Below are positions 49,255 through 59,727 of a stretch of DNA of 64,000 bases, piece after piece; the stretch's first letter is position 1; the number at the start of each line of letters is the position of its first letter. Source of the stretch: Ignavibacteriota bacterium (GTDB lineage: Bacteria; Bacteroidota; Ignavibacteria; UBA10030; UBA6906); contig CAWIOS010000014.1 of NCBI GenBank assembly GCA_963837815.1, positions 19,426-83,425 of the forward strand. Direction: 5' to 3'. Made by a program: the position numbers and the translations under genes. The notes beneath the pieces were generated by a model, which saw only the letters and a list, made by a program, of their open reading frames with translations, was not told the DNA's origin and searched no databases.

Positions 49255-51534
49255 ATGCATCGCATTCCTGTGCTGCTTTCAGCCGCAGTGTCATGTGTTT
49301 TGCTTTCGTATCACGTCAATGCGGGATCGATTCACGGGAAGGTCACAGGGGCGAGCGGCCCGATCGCGGGTGCCGCCGTGCGCGTGCTTGAACTCGACCG
49401 GACAGCCCGGACCGGACCCGACGGCGGATTTCTCTTCCCCGGCATCCGTAACGGGTCGTATTCGGTTTTTGTCCGCGTGATCGGGTATGCCTCCCGGACA
49501 GTACCGGTGCGTGTCGACGATGAATCACCTGACCTCGCCATCAAACTCCCTGAGACGGCAATCGATGCTGAGGAGATCGTCGTCTCCGGATCTCCGTACC
49601 CGCGCACGGCGGACGATCAGTATCAGTCCGCGGAATCGAAATCTCTCCTTGAGCTCCATGAAAGCCCCGGCTCCGGCTTTTCAGAGAAGATTTCCGACAT
49701 CCCGGGAGTGGCTGTCAGATCAAACGGCCCGGCCCCCACGCGCCCCATACTGCGGGGGCTGTCGGACAACAGGGTTCTCGTTCTCGAAAACGGTCTCCGC
49801 ACGGGGGACATCTCCACGTACGACCCTGCGCACGCCGTGCCAATCGAATCTGCGGAGATCACGCAAATAGACGTTGTGCGCGGCCCGGCAACAATCCTCT
49901 ATGGCCCGAGCACGATCGGGGGTCTCGTCAACGTATTCACGAACACCATTCCTGCCGCGTCGTCCAACCCGTTCACAGGAAATGTTTCCCTCACGGGGAA
50001 TTCCGTCAGCGACGAGTACGCAGGATATTTCGACGGCGTCCTGAGCTCCGGGGGACATGCACTCGGAATTTCGGCAGGCGGTCTTCATGCGCAGGACGTC
50101 CGGATCCCCGAAGGGACCTACGTCGATCCCGGGAGCGGTCAGCCCTTCTCGCTGAACCGGATGCCGCAGTCGTTCGATCACGTACAGGAGGCGGGGATCG
50201 GCTATTCCTGCCAGGGCGACTTCGGGTTTATCGGCATCGGGGGGAAACACTATGAAATGAACTACGGAATTCCGGGCGTCCCCCCCAACCCCCTCTGGGC
50301 GACCGTCCCGCCGACGACCTCGCGCATAGCGCAAAAGAAGAACTCGGTCGAGTTCCGCGCCATACTTGACGGGGACGGACCTCTCGTGCAGCAGGTCAGG
50401 TTCAATGCCGCCTACGTTGACTACAATCATTCGGAGTATCCCACGGCGGAGGACTCCACCGGCGTATCCGACCCCCAGGCGAACCACTTCCACAAGCAGG
50501 AATTCAACGCGACCCTCCAGTTCCAGCACCGGCCGTTCGGCGGCTTTCAGGGGGTGGCGGGTCTCTGGACGAACGTTGATAACCTGGCGATCGACGGCGA
50601 CATGCCCCTCGGCCCCAACTCGCTCACGACGGGGATTGCCGGATATCTGTACGAAGAATATCTTCTCACGGAGGTGACGCGCATCCAGGCGGGGCTCAGG
50701 TTCGACTACAACAGGATACGTACTTCCCCGTCTGCGGATTCTCCGGACTCCGTATTCCGGACGCTTGATGTCTCCCGACTCTCCAATGCTCTCACGGCTT
50801 CGCTCGGCGGTGTAACGCGTCTTTCCCCCGTGATGATAATTTCGCTCAGCCTCGCCCGCTCGTTCCGGGCTCCGACGGTGCAGGAGCTGTTTGCGAACGG
50901 CCTTGACGCCGCAAGCGCAACCTATTCAAAGGGGGAAGCGGACCTTTCGCCCGAGACCGGATACGGGGTCGACCTCTCATTCAGGGCGCGCACCTCCTCC
51001 GCCACCGTCGAGGTCTCGCCCTATATCAATGCCATAAGGAACTATATATATGCATTTCTCACGGGGGATACGCTGCAGAATTTTCCGGTCCGCCAATTCT
51101 CCGCAACCGATGCGCGGCTGATGGGATTTGAAGCGAGCGTCTCCGTCCAGCCCGCCGCGAATTTCGCCATCCGCGCCAGCGTCGATTACGTGAGCGCCGA
51201 AGACACTAAACATGACGTCCCGCTCCCTTTCACGCCCCCGCTCCGGGGGATTCTCTCTCTCAGGTACCAGGGAAGGGTGATCTGGGGGCTCGTGGAATGG
51301 CGCTTGGCCGCCCGCCAATCAAGACTCGGCGACGGGGACACGCCGACACCGGGATACGGTATCCTTAACTGCGGTTTTGGGGTGCGGATCGTCTCCGGGG
51401 GAGAGGTCCACGCGCTCAGCGTCCACTGTGACAACCTGTTCGACAGGGCGTACAGGGACAATCTCTCCGTGATCAAAGACTTCCTCCCGCAGCCGGCGCG
51501 GGGGTTCCGGCTGGCCTATGATCTTCTGTTTTGA
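49255..51534 (+). CDS. TonB-dependent receptor (ZnuD-like), N-terminal carboxypeptidase-regulatory-like domain
   Basis: Plug RPILRGL...DPAHAV, IDVVRGPATILYG; RAPTVQELFANG; C-terminal F; AGGAG SD. Confidence 0.9.
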   Translation: MHRIPVLLSAAVSCVLLSYHVNAGSIHGKVTGASGPIAGAAVRVLELDRTARTGPDGGFLFPGIRNGSYSVFVRVIGYASRTVPVRVDDESPDLAIKLPETAIDAEEIVVSGSPYPRTADDQYQSAESKSLLELHESPGSGFSEKISDIPGVAVRSNGPAPTRPILRGLSDNRVLVLENGLRTGDISTYDPAHAVPIESAEITQIDVVRGPATILYGPSTIGGLVNVFTNTIPAASSNPFTGNVSLTGNSVSDEYAGYFDGVLSSGGHALGISAGGLHAQDVRIPEGTYVDPGSGQPFSLNRMPQSFDHVQEAGIGYSCQGDFGFIGIGGKHYEMNYGIPGVPPNPLWATVPPTTSRIAQKKNSVEFRAILDGDGPLVQQVRFNAAYVDYNHSEYPTAEDSTGVSDPQANHFHKQEFNATLQFQHRPFGGFQGVAGLWTNVDNLAIDGDMPLGPNSLTTGIAGYLYEEYLLTEVTRIQAGLRFDYNRIRTSPSADSPDSVFRTLDVSRLSNALTASLGGVTRLSPVMIISLSLARSFRAPTVQELFANGLDAASATYSKGEADLSPETGYGVDLSFRARTSSATVEVSPYINAIRNYIYAFLTGDTLQNFPVRQFSATDARLMGFEASVSVQPAANFAIRASVDYVSAEDTKHDVPLPFTPPLRGILSLRYQGRVIWGLVEWRLAARQSRLGDGDTPTPGYGILNCGFGVRIVSGGEVHALSVHCDNLFDRAYRDNLSVIKDFLPQPARGFRLAYDLLF

Positions 51535-51635
51535 GAGAATCCGAGCCGGAAATGCGGGAACTTGGAAGCATCCGGTGTCGTTATAAAGAAGTTACCTCCC
51601 CGGGTTTCCTCTGTACCACACTGTAAGGCTGGTGA

Positions 51636-52958
51636 ATGAAGATCATGTCGTGCGTTCTTTGTGCGGCGCTCGTCTGCGGAGATCTGGCTTCCGGCCAGAC
51701 CACGGCCGGCGATGACTCGCTGCTGCATGAGGGGACGCTTAATGAGTGTGTCCGCTACGCGCTGGCGCATCAGCCGTCCGTGCGGCAGTCGCTCCTTGAT
51801 GAGGAGATCACGAACAGGATTATTGGCGGCAGGCTTGCCGACTGGTTTCCGCAGATCTATCTGGGTCTCAGCGCGCAGCATTATTACCAGATCCCTGTCA
51901 CGATCGTCGGGGGATCCCCCCTGAACGTGAGCCTGACGAACGCCTCCACGGGCTCGCTGAACGTCACGCAGACGCTGTTTGACAGGGATGTCCTCCTTGC
52001 GGCGTCGACCGCGGGAGATCTCCGGGACGAGAGCAGGCACAGGACGGTCAGCACGTCGATCGACGTCGTTGTGAACGTCAGCAAGGCATTTTATGCCTCG
52101 CTTCTTACGCGCCAGGAAATCAGGGTGCTTGACGACGACATCCTCCGGCTCGAGCAGAGCCTGAAGGACGCGTTCGCGCAGTATCAGGGCGGGGTCGTCG
52201 ACAAGACTGATTATAAAAGGGCGACGGTCTCGTTGAACAACGCGAAGGCGGAGCGGCGGCAGAACATCGAGCTGCTGAAAGCGCGTGACGCATACCTGAA
52301 GGCGCAGATGGGATATCCCGCATCGGGACCCCTTGAGCTTTCGTTCGACAGCTCGAAAACGGAAACCGAGATCCTGATCGACACCACGCAGACGATCCGG
52401 TACGAGAACAGGGTGGAATACCAGATTCTCCTGCTCCAGAAAAGCCTTGCGGAGGCCAACGTCCACTACAACAGCTGGGGGTTCCTCCCGTCCATTTCCG
52501 CGTTCGGCAGCTATGCGATGAATTACCAGAGCCCGCAGATCCCGTCGCTCTATACGCACGATTATCCGAGCTCGTTCGTCGGCATTCAGGTCTCCCTTCC
52601 GATCTTCCTTGGAGGGAAGCGCCTGCAGGAGATCAGCCAGGCGAACCTCGAGGTCCGGCGCGCAGAGTACGACATCGACCAGTTCACGAACACCGTCAGC
52701 GCGCAGTACGCGCAGGCGATTGCGGACTACAGGAGCAATCTGAATACGTACAACGTCCTGAAGGAGAATCTCGCCCTTGCGGACGACGTCTACCGGACCA
52801 TCCAGCTCCAGTACAGGGCGGGCACGAAGACGTACCTGGAGCTGATTTCAGCGGAGACCGATCTCAGGACCGCGGAGCTCAACAGGACCGATGCGCTCTA
52901 TCAGGTCCTGAGCAGTAAACTCGACGTGCAGAAAGCACTCGGGACCGTTCAATACTAA
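51636..52958 (+). CDS. TolC-family outer membrane efflux protein
   Basis: Signal peptide; two OEP repeats (WFPQI / FLPSI; QYQGG / QYRAG...LEL). Confidence 0.9.
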   Translation: MKIMSCVLCAALVCGDLASGQTTAGDDSLLHEGTLNECVRYALAHQPSVRQSLLDEEITNRIIGGRLADWFPQIYLGLSAQHYYQIPVTIVGGSPLNVSLTNASTGSLNVTQTLFDRDVLLAASTAGDLRDESRHRTVSTSIDVVVNVSKAFYASLLTRQEIRVLDDDILRLEQSLKDAFAQYQGGVVDKTDYKRATVSLNNAKAERRQNIELLKARDAYLKAQMGYPASGPLELSFDSSKTETEILIDTTQTIRYENRVEYQILLLQKSLAEANVHYNSWGFLPSISAFGSYAMNYQSPQIPSLYTHDYPSSFVGIQVSLPIFLGGKRLQEISQANLEVRRAEYDIDQFTNTVSAQYAQAIADYRSNLNTYNVLKENLALADDVYRTIQLQYRAGTKTYLELISAETDLRTAELNRTDALYQVLSSKLDVQKALGTVQY

Positions 52959-52975
52959 CTTTCAGCGGTATCTCA

Positions 52976-54127
52976 ATGCGGACACACACGATGATAACCG
53001 GGGCGGCTGCAATCGCCTCTCTCTCCATTGCCCTTACGGGATGCGGCGGGCGTTCGGGCGCGGAGGGTAAACCGCCGTCCGGCGTTCCCGTTGCCGTGTA
53101 CCAGATCGACACGGGGAGCGCTTCCTACTACGACGTCTACCCGGCGACGGTCTTTGCCCTCAACCAGGTCGATCTGCGCCCCCAGGTATCGGGGTACATC
53201 GTGGGCATCTATTTCAAAGACGGGCAGCGGGTAAAGAAGGGAATGAAACTGTACGCCATCGACCGGCAGCATTACCAGGCGGCGTACGATCAGGCGGTCG
53301 CAAACCTGAATACCGCACGTTCCAACCTCGCAAAGATGCAGCAGGACGTCGACAGGTACAACGAACTTGCAAAGAATGACGCCATCGCCCGTCAGACTCT
53401 GGATCACGCCGTGGCAGACCTCGAGTCCGCAAAAATGCAGGTGGCCGCACTCGAGGCGAATGTCAAGAACGTGCAGACAGACCTGCGCTATTCCGTGATC
53501 GAGGCGCCGTTCGACGGGACGATTTCCTTCTCCCAGGTGAAAGTGGGTTCCTCGGTCACGGCGGGACAGACACTGCTGAACACGATCTCCTCCGACGACC
53601 CCATGGCCGTCGACTGCAACGTGGATCAGAAGCAGATCCCCCGGTTCGCCGGCATGCTCGGGGAGAAAGCCGTCGCGCACGACACGGCGTTCACGATCGT
53701 CCTCCCCGACGGATCCGTGTATCCGGACGCGGGACGCCTGAGCGTCATCGACAGGGCGGTCGATCCGCAGACGGGCACGATCCGCGTCCGCGTCGTGTTC
53801 CCGAATCCGAAAGAGGTTCTGAAGGCCGGGATCACATGTAACCTCCGCATACGGAGCACGAGCCCCGTAAGCTCCGTCCTTCTGCCGTACAAGGCGGTTG
53901 TCGAGCAGATGGGGGAATATTTCGTGTTCGTGCTGAACGGCGACAGGGTCGTTCAGCGGAGGGTGACTCTTGGTGCGCGCATTAACGACATGGTCGTCTC
54001 GAAAGGGGGCATCGCTCCGGGCGATCAGATCGTTGTGGACGGCGTGCAGAAGCTGAGGGACAACGCCGTGGTCGCGGTCGTGCCGCCGCAGGCGACAGCG
54101 ACAACCGAAACCGCATCGGCGAAATAA
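52976..54127 (+). CDS. RND periplasmic adaptor (MFP) lipoprotein
   Basis: Lipobox LTGC, LRPQVSGYI, IEAPFDG, VDPQTGT. Confidence 0.93.
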   Translation: MRTHTMITGAAAIASLSIALTGCGGRSGAEGKPPSGVPVAVYQIDTGSASYYDVYPATVFALNQVDLRPQVSGYIVGIYFKDGQRVKKGMKLYAIDRQHYQAAYDQAVANLNTARSNLAKMQQDVDRYNELAKNDAIARQTLDHAVADLESAKMQVAALEANVKNVQTDLRYSVIEAPFDGTISFSQVKVGSSVTAGQTLLNTISSDDPMAVDCNVDQKQIPRFAGMLGEKAVAHDTAFTIVLPDGSVYPDAGRLSVIDRAVDPQTGTIRVRVVFPNPKEVLKAGITCNLRIRSTSPVSSVLLPYKAVVEQMGEYFVFVLNGDRVVQRRVTLGARINDMVVSKGGIAPGDQIVVDGVQKLRDNAVVAVVPPQATATTETASAK

Positions 54128-54131
54128 GACG

Positions 54132-57100
54132 ATGATTGCAAACACGTTTCTTGAGCGTCCGGTAACGGCGATCGTCATCTCGATCGTCATCGTCCTCGTC
54201 GGCGTGATCGCGCTCTACAATCTTCCGATAAGCCAGTACCCGGATATCACGCCGCCGACGGTACAGATCACGGGAGTGTTTAACGGGGCGGATGCGCAGA
54301 CCGTCGAGCAGACCGTGACGACTCCCATCGAGTCCCAGGTGAACGGGACCCCGGGGATGGCGTACATGGTGGGGAACAGCACGAACGACGGCCGGACGAC
54401 GATAAACGTCACGCTGAACGTCGGAACGAACCCGGACATCGCCGCGCTCGATATTCAGAACAGGGTGGGGATCGCCACGCCCCAGCTCCCGGACGACGTG
54501 AAGCGGCTGGGCCTTACAACCCGGAAGCGGAATCCCAGTATTCTTCTCCTGGTCGCGATTTACTCCCCCGCAGGGACGCACAGCGTTCCGTTCCTTGACA
54601 ACTACACGAACATATTCGTCCGCGACGCCCTGCTGCGCGTCCCCGGCGTCGGCGACGTGTTCACACGGGCGGACGATTTCAGCATGCGGATCTGGCTGGA
54701 TCCGGACAAGATGGCCCAGCTCGGCCTCACCACAGGTGACGTCGTCAATGCGCTCGCGGAGCAAAACGTGCAGATTGCGGCCGGTTCCGTGGGTGCTCCC
54801 CCGCAGAGGAACACCCAGGCGTTTGAGTACACGGTTTTCACGAACAGCCGCCTGAGCAGCGAAGATGCGTTCCGGAACATCATCGTCCGCTCGAACCCGC
54901 GCGAGGGATCCGAAGTGCGCCTGAAGGACGTCGCAAGGATCCAGCTCGGGAAGTTCTCCTATGCGAGCAACTCGTTTGTCGATGGCAAGAGCGCGTCCTA
55001 TCTTCTCGTCTACCAGGCCCCGGGGAGCAACGCGCTTGATGTCGCCAACGGCATCTATACGACGATGGACCACCTGAAGCAGGGCTTCCCCAAGGACGTG
55101 GACTACGTCGTCCCGTTCGAATCGGTCTCCGTCGTTAAGGTATCCATCAACGAGGTGGTTCTCACACTTGTCGAGGCACTCGGGCTTGTCGTCCTTGTGG
55201 TCTTCCTCTTCCTCCAGAGCTGGCGCGCCACGATAATCCCGGTTCTCGCGATCCCGGTCTCCATTATCGGCACGTTTGCGCTCTTCCTGCCGCTCGGATT
55301 CACGATAAACACGCTCACGATGTTCGGGTTCGTTCTCGCCATCGGGATCGTCGTGGACGATGCGATTATCGTCGTGGAGGCGGTGCAGCATTACATCGAC
55401 CGCGAGGGGCTCAGTCCGGCGGAGGCCTCCCGGAAGGCCATGGCGGACATTTCGGGCCCCGTCGTGGCGATCGCCCTGATCCTGGCGGCGGTCTTCATCC
55501 CCGTCGGGTTCATTCCCGGGATCGTGGGGAAACTCTACCAGCAGTTTGCGATAACAATTGCGATCTCCGTTCTCATCTCCGCGTTTGTCGCCCTGTCGCT
55601 GACTCCCGCTCTCTGCTCCCTCTTTCTGAAGCCGTCGGTGGTCGGGAAAAACGCGAAGGGAATCGGCAATTTCTTCGGCAAATTCAACGCCTGGCTCGAA
55701 AGGACGACGGGAACATATGCCGGGTGGGTCCGCGTATGCGTCAAGTACTCCCGGTACGCCCTCATCATACTGGTCTGCATGTACGCGGCGACTGCATTCA
55801 TGTTCAAGACTAAGCCCACCGGGTTCATCCCCACGGAGGACGAAGGGCGTCTCTACGTCACGTTTGAGCTCCCCGAGTCGTCCTCCACGACGAGGAGCCT
55901 CGAAGTCCTGGACTCCATGATGGACATACTCAAAACGACCCCCGGGATCGGGCATTTCGCGGCCCTCGGAGGCCTGAACGTCATCACGTTTGCCACGAAA
56001 TCCAATAGCGGCACGATCTTCGTCCAGCTCAAGCCGTGGGACGAGAGGACGGACAAGTCGCTGCAGCTCAACGGCCTGATTGCCACGCTCCAGAGGAAGT
56101 TTGCCGCGCTGAGGGACGCGAATGTCGTCGTGATATCCCCGCCGGCCATTCCGGGACTCGGGCAGACGGGCGGATTCTCGTTCGAGCTGGAGCAGCACGA
56201 AAGCACCGATGACATCAAGCAGTTCGAGAACGTCGTACGTGCGTTCCTCGCGGAAGCCAACTCCCGCCCGGAGCTCTCCCGCGTCTTCTCATTCTTCACC
56301 GCGCGGACTCCGGGATACCAGGTGGACGTTGACAGAGAGGAGTGCAAGAAGCTCGGTCTCTCGATCGCCGACGTCTTCAACACACTCCAGACGTACCTGG
56401 GAAGCCGGTACGTGAACGACTTTACGATCTACGGCAGGAATTTCCACGTTGTCGCGCAGGCGGACACCGAATACCGCGCGGATATCGAGAACCTGTCGAA
56501 GTATTACGTCAGGAACGACAGGGGGAACATGATCCCTCTCAGCACATTGATCCATTCGAAAGTCGTGGAAAACGCCCCGCTGATCACGCATTTCAACCTC
56601 TTCCGCACTGCGGAAATCAACGGCTCCGCCGCGCCCGGGTACTCCAGCGGCGAGGCGATTGTCGCGCTCCGCGACGTGGCAGCAAAGGTTCTCCCCTCGG
56701 GATACGGGTATGAGTTCTCCGGCCTGACGAGGGAGGAGATCAACGCCGGAAACAGCACCGCAACGATATTCACGCTCTCCATCGTCTTTGTGTTCCTCTT
56801 CCTGACGGCGCTCTATGAGAGCTGGTCCGTTCCCTTCGCTGTCCTCCTTGCCGTTCCCATCGGGGCGTTCGGCGCCATCCTGACGCTGACGCTCATCCCC
56901 GGTCTGAGCGACAACGTGTATGCGCAGATCGGTCTCGTGGCCCTTATCGGTCTTGCCGCGAAAAACGCGATCCTCATCGTGGAGTTCGCCAAGGTGCGCG
57001 TGGACAGGGGAGTCTCCATTCTCTCCTCCACGATCGAAGCCGTGACGCTCCGGCTCCGCCCGATCCTCATGACGTCGCTCGCCTTCATATTCGGCGTTTC

Positions 57101-57257
57101 TCCGCTCGCGTTCGCGACGGGCGCCGGGGCGCAGGCGCGCTCCACGATCGGATGGACGGTGCTCGGGGGGATGCTCTCGGCGACGATGCTCGCGATATTT
57201 GCCGTGCCGGTTCTGTTTGTGACGATATCCCGTATAGCCCTCAAGAAACACGATTAG
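54132..57257 (+). CDS. RND (HAE1/AcrB-like) efflux transporter
   Basis: LPISQYPDITPP, GIVVDDAIIVVE, AAKNAILIVEFA, RLRPILMTS. Confidence 0.96.
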   Translation: MIANTFLERPVTAIVISIVIVLVGVIALYNLPISQYPDITPPTVQITGVFNGADAQTVEQTVTTPIESQVNGTPGMAYMVGNSTNDGRTTINVTLNVGTNPDIAALDIQNRVGIATPQLPDDVKRLGLTTRKRNPSILLLVAIYSPAGTHSVPFLDNYTNIFVRDALLRVPGVGDVFTRADDFSMRIWLDPDKMAQLGLTTGDVVNALAEQNVQIAAGSVGAPPQRNTQAFEYTVFTNSRLSSEDAFRNIIVRSNPREGSEVRLKDVARIQLGKFSYASNSFVDGKSASYLLVYQAPGSNALDVANGIYTTMDHLKQGFPKDVDYVVPFESVSVVKVSINEVVLTLVEALGLVVLVVFLFLQSWRATIIPVLAIPVSIIGTFALFLPLGFTINTLTMFGFVLAIGIVVDDAIIVVEAVQHYIDREGLSPAEASRKAMADISGPVVAIALILAAVFIPVGFIPGIVGKLYQQFAITIAISVLISAFVALSLTPALCSLFLKPSVVGKNAKGIGNFFGKFNAWLERTTGTYAGWVRVCVKYSRYALIILVCMYAATAFMFKTKPTGFIPTEDEGRLYVTFELPESSSTTRSLEVLDSMMDILKTTPGIGHFAALGGLNVITFATKSNSGTIFVQLKPWDERTDKSLQLNGLIATLQRKFAALRDANVVVISPPAIPGLGQTGGFSFELEQHESTDDIKQFENVVRAFLAEANSRPELSRVFSFFTARTPGYQVDVDREECKKLGLSIADVFNTLQTYLGSRYVNDFTIYGRNFHVVAQADTEYRADIENLSKYYVRNDRGNMIPLSTLIHSKVVENAPLITHFNLFRTAEINGSAAPGYSSGEAIVALRDVAAKVLPSGYGYEFSGLTREEINAGNSTATIFTLSIVFVFLFLTALYESWSVPFAVLLAVPIGAFGAILTLTLIPGLSDNVYAQIGLVALIGLAAKNAILIVEFAKVRVDRGVSILSSTIEAVTLRLRPILMTSLAFIFGVSPLAFATGAGAQARSTIGWTVLGGMLSATMLAIFAVPVLFVTISRIALKKHD

Positions 57258-57264
57258 TTCTTCC

Positions 57265-57309
57265 GGCGGAATTCCAGCCGGCTGATCCCCGCCTGACTGG
57301 AATTCTGCC
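57265..57309. repeat. 13-bp inverted repeat after the RND gene (terminator or stabilising hairpin)
   Basis: GGCGGAATTCCAG ... CTGGAATTCTGCC; no clear U tract. Confidence 0.55.
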
Positions 57310-57496
57310 CTAATCCCTCCTTGTGGATATTAGCGCCGGGTTTCGTGTCGACCGGTCACCCCTCGCCGGACTCCTCCTAAGCGTATCGCGTCTCATCGAA
57401 GTTCTTCTCCACGGATCATCCCTCTGCAGACTTCCCCTCCGCGGGTCTCTCGCCAAACGGGTCGACGCACGGATCTCTCCCCAAAAACTGGAGCAA

Positions 57497-57525
57497 TTGA
57501 CTCTCGGGCAAATCCGAGTTACATT
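57497..57525 (+). promoter_or_regulatory. Sigma70-type promoter of the DUF3078 gene
   Basis: TTGACT-17 bp-TACATT; the spacer holds the dyad CTCGG-N6-CCGAG. Confidence 0.6.
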
Positions 57526-57618
57526 CAACCCGCGTTTTTTCCCGAAACGACCCCTCGTGCCATATTCGGAGAGGTTGTTTCATATTTGAAACAAACCTAT
57601 TCAGGGGAGGCCCGGCAC

Positions 57619-58527
57619 GTGAAGACAACCGCAGTCATGATGGCTCTGGCAGTGTTTTCTGCAAGCGCCTGCGGACAGATTGTGACGAAGGAGGAACTCG
57701 ATCAGGAAAAGAAATACCAGGAGAGTGCGGAAAAGGCGAGGCTGGATTCGGTGAAGAACTACGGCTGGACGCATAATGTTGTGACAGGGGTGAACCTCAC
57801 CGAGGTGGCGTTCAGCGACTGGGCGCAGGGTGGGACAAACGTGTTTGCATACACCCCCTGGCTCAACGGCAGCTCGCGGCAGGATCTCCAGGTGACCGAC
57901 TGGTCCACAACGTACAAGTTTGCGTTCGGGCAGGCCCGGCTCGGCTCGCAGGGAGTCCGGAAAACAGACGACGAAATCTACACGGAAACGCTCCTCATCG
58001 TGAAGCTCGACAGGTATGTCAACCCGTATGTCGCGGCGACGCTCAGGACCCAGTTTGCGCCGGGGTATAAGTACGATAACCTGGGCAATGCCACGGAAAT
58101 ATCGAGGTTCTTCGATCCGGGGTATCTCACGCAGAGCGCCGGAGTAGCATACCAGCCCATGGCGGAGATTAAAACTGGGCTGGGGTTGGCCGTCCGGGAA
58201 ACCTTCACCTCCCGGTTCAACCAGTACGCTGACGATCCGAAGACCGCCGCGATCGAAAAGACGAAAGTGGAGGGGGGATTCAGGGCGGTTGTCCACGTCG
58301 ACTGGAAATTCGGTTCGAGCGCTCAACTTCTGCTTAACCAGGAGCTCTTCGCGCCTTTCACGAAGCTTGATCAGGCGTTTGTCCGGAGCGACAATGCGGT
58401 TGTCATGAAGATGAGCAAATACATCTCCATGAACTTCGATGTGCTGCTTGTGCAGGATGTCGCCGTTTCGCCCCGTACGCAAATCAAGCAGGTACTGGCT
58501 GTGGGAATCAGCTACGTGCTCGTGTGA
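57619..58527 (+). CDS. DUF3078 outer-membrane beta-barrel protein
   Basis: FSDWAQGG, RKTDD, RTQFAPGY, FFDPGYL, QIKQVLAVGISY; GGAGG SD before GTG 57619. Confidence 0.85.
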   Translation: MKTTAVMMALAVFSASACGQIVTKEELDQEKKYQESAEKARLDSVKNYGWTHNVVTGVNLTEVAFSDWAQGGTNVFAYTPWLNGSSRQDLQVTDWSTTYKFAFGQARLGSQGVRKTDDEIYTETLLIVKLDRYVNPYVAATLRTQFAPGYKYDNLGNATEISRFFDPGYLTQSAGVAYQPMAEIKTGLGLAVRETFTSRFNQYADDPKTAAIEKTKVEGGFRAVVHVDWKFGSSAQLLLNQELFAPFTKLDQAFVRSDNAVVMKMSKYISMNFDVLLVQDVAVSPRTQIKQVLAVGISYVLV

Positions 58528-58546
58528 GCGGGTCCTCTGCGCGCAT

Positions 58547-58888
58547 ATGGGCGCACACCTGGTTAATAATAGCCACCTCCGCCGCTCAGGAGGTGGGATT
58601 TGGCCATTTTCCTTGCCGTATACGGTCACTGCACATCGTTCTCCCGCTGGCACAGCGATTGCAGTTAGAGAACCCGGATTCTCAGTGCACTCGCAAACCC
58701 GGGAGCAGATCATGTCGCTACACGATGAATTCTGGGGGATACCCTCACCGACGGAAGAAATGTACACGTTCCACCTCGCGGGAGAAGGTCTCGGCGATGG
58801 CAACACCCCCGGCAACAGCCGCATGTTTGTTCTGAACATCGAGTGTGACGAGGAAGACGCGGACTTCATCCCTGAGTCGTTTGAGTAA
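58547..58888 (+). other. Possible hypothetical protein or gene remnant
   Basis: Protein-like acidic C-terminal half (HDEFWGIPSP...ECDEEDADFIPESFE); N-terminal half and start unconvincing. Confidence 0.3.
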
Positions 58889-59067
58889 TCCGCCTTGGGC
58901 ACTGCGTTCTCCGTGACTTCCGGGAATTGAAACTTGCGCCGGACAAATTCCGGCACGTTTCCATTCCATCAACATCCTGTCTCTGCCTCGGGTGAGATCC
59001 CCCCGTTCTCGTCCTGCCTCCTCCCCATAGCGCAACATGTGCGCCTTTGCGATCTAAACCCGGTCTC

Positions 59068-59104
59068 TTGATCTGGATCAATGCAAGATACTGGCCCGGA
59101 TCAA
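59068..59104 (+). promoter_or_regulatory. Tandem FNR/Crp-type boxes upstream of yceI
   Basis: TTGAT-CTGG-ATCAA (59068-59081, perfect) and CTGGC-CCGG-ATCAA (59091-59104); candidate -10 TACCTT at 59128. Confidence 0.75.
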
Positions 59105-59181
59105 TGTTTCTCCCCCTGCCTCTGCCGTACCTTGTATACAATAAATCAAACACTCACAAATATACTCAACGAGGTCAGGTT

Positions 59182-59727
59182 ATGGCACAGTGGACAATCG
59201 ATCCGGCGCACTCGGAAATTAAGTTCAAGGTTAAGCACCTTGTCATTTCCACCGTCACGGGGCGGTTCAACAATTTCAGCGGCACGGTTCAGGCGAACAG
59301 GCCTGATTTCAGCGATGCACGCATCCAGTTCAAAGCCGACGTGAACAGCATCAGCACGAACAACGAGCAGCGTGACGGGCACCTGAAATCACCCGATTTC
59401 TTCGATGCGGGGAACTACCCGGCGCTCAAGTTCCAGTCCGCCTCGATTGCGCGAAAGGGCGAAGGGGAGTACGCACTCGCAGGCAATATGACGATCCGCG
59501 GTACGAGCCGTCCGGTCATACTGAACGTTGTGTACAATGGCACCGTGAAGGGGTTCGAAGGCGACGTTGCCGCGTTCGAGATCACGGGGACATTGAACAG
59601 GCAGGACTTTGGCCTTCGGTGGAACGCGATGACGGAGACCGGCGGAGTCGTCGTGAGCGACGATGTGAAGCTGGACATTGTTGTCGAGCTCAAGAAGGTG
59701 GAAGTGGAAGTACCTGTCTCAGCCTGA
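59182..59727 (+). CDS. yceI: YceI-family (polyisoprenoid-binding) protein without signal peptide
   Basis: WTIDPAHSEIKFKVKHL, RDGHLKSPDFFD, NRQDFGL. Confidence 0.93.
   Translation: MAQWTIDPAHSEIKFKVKHLVISTVTGRFNNFSGTVQANRPDFSDARIQFKADVNSISTNNEQRDGHLKSPDFFDAGNYPALKFQSASIARKGEGEYALAGNMTIRGTSRPVILNVVYNGTVKGFEGDVAAFEITGTLNRQDFGLRWNAMTETGGVVVSDDVKLDIVVELKKVEVEVPVSA

Noticed and set aside
53982-56198. 738-aa minus-strand ORF
   Set aside because: Antisense shadow of the RND transporter.
51636-57257. RND pump as unusual
   Set aside because: Standard TolC-MFP-HAE1 tripartite pump with intact proton-relay residues.
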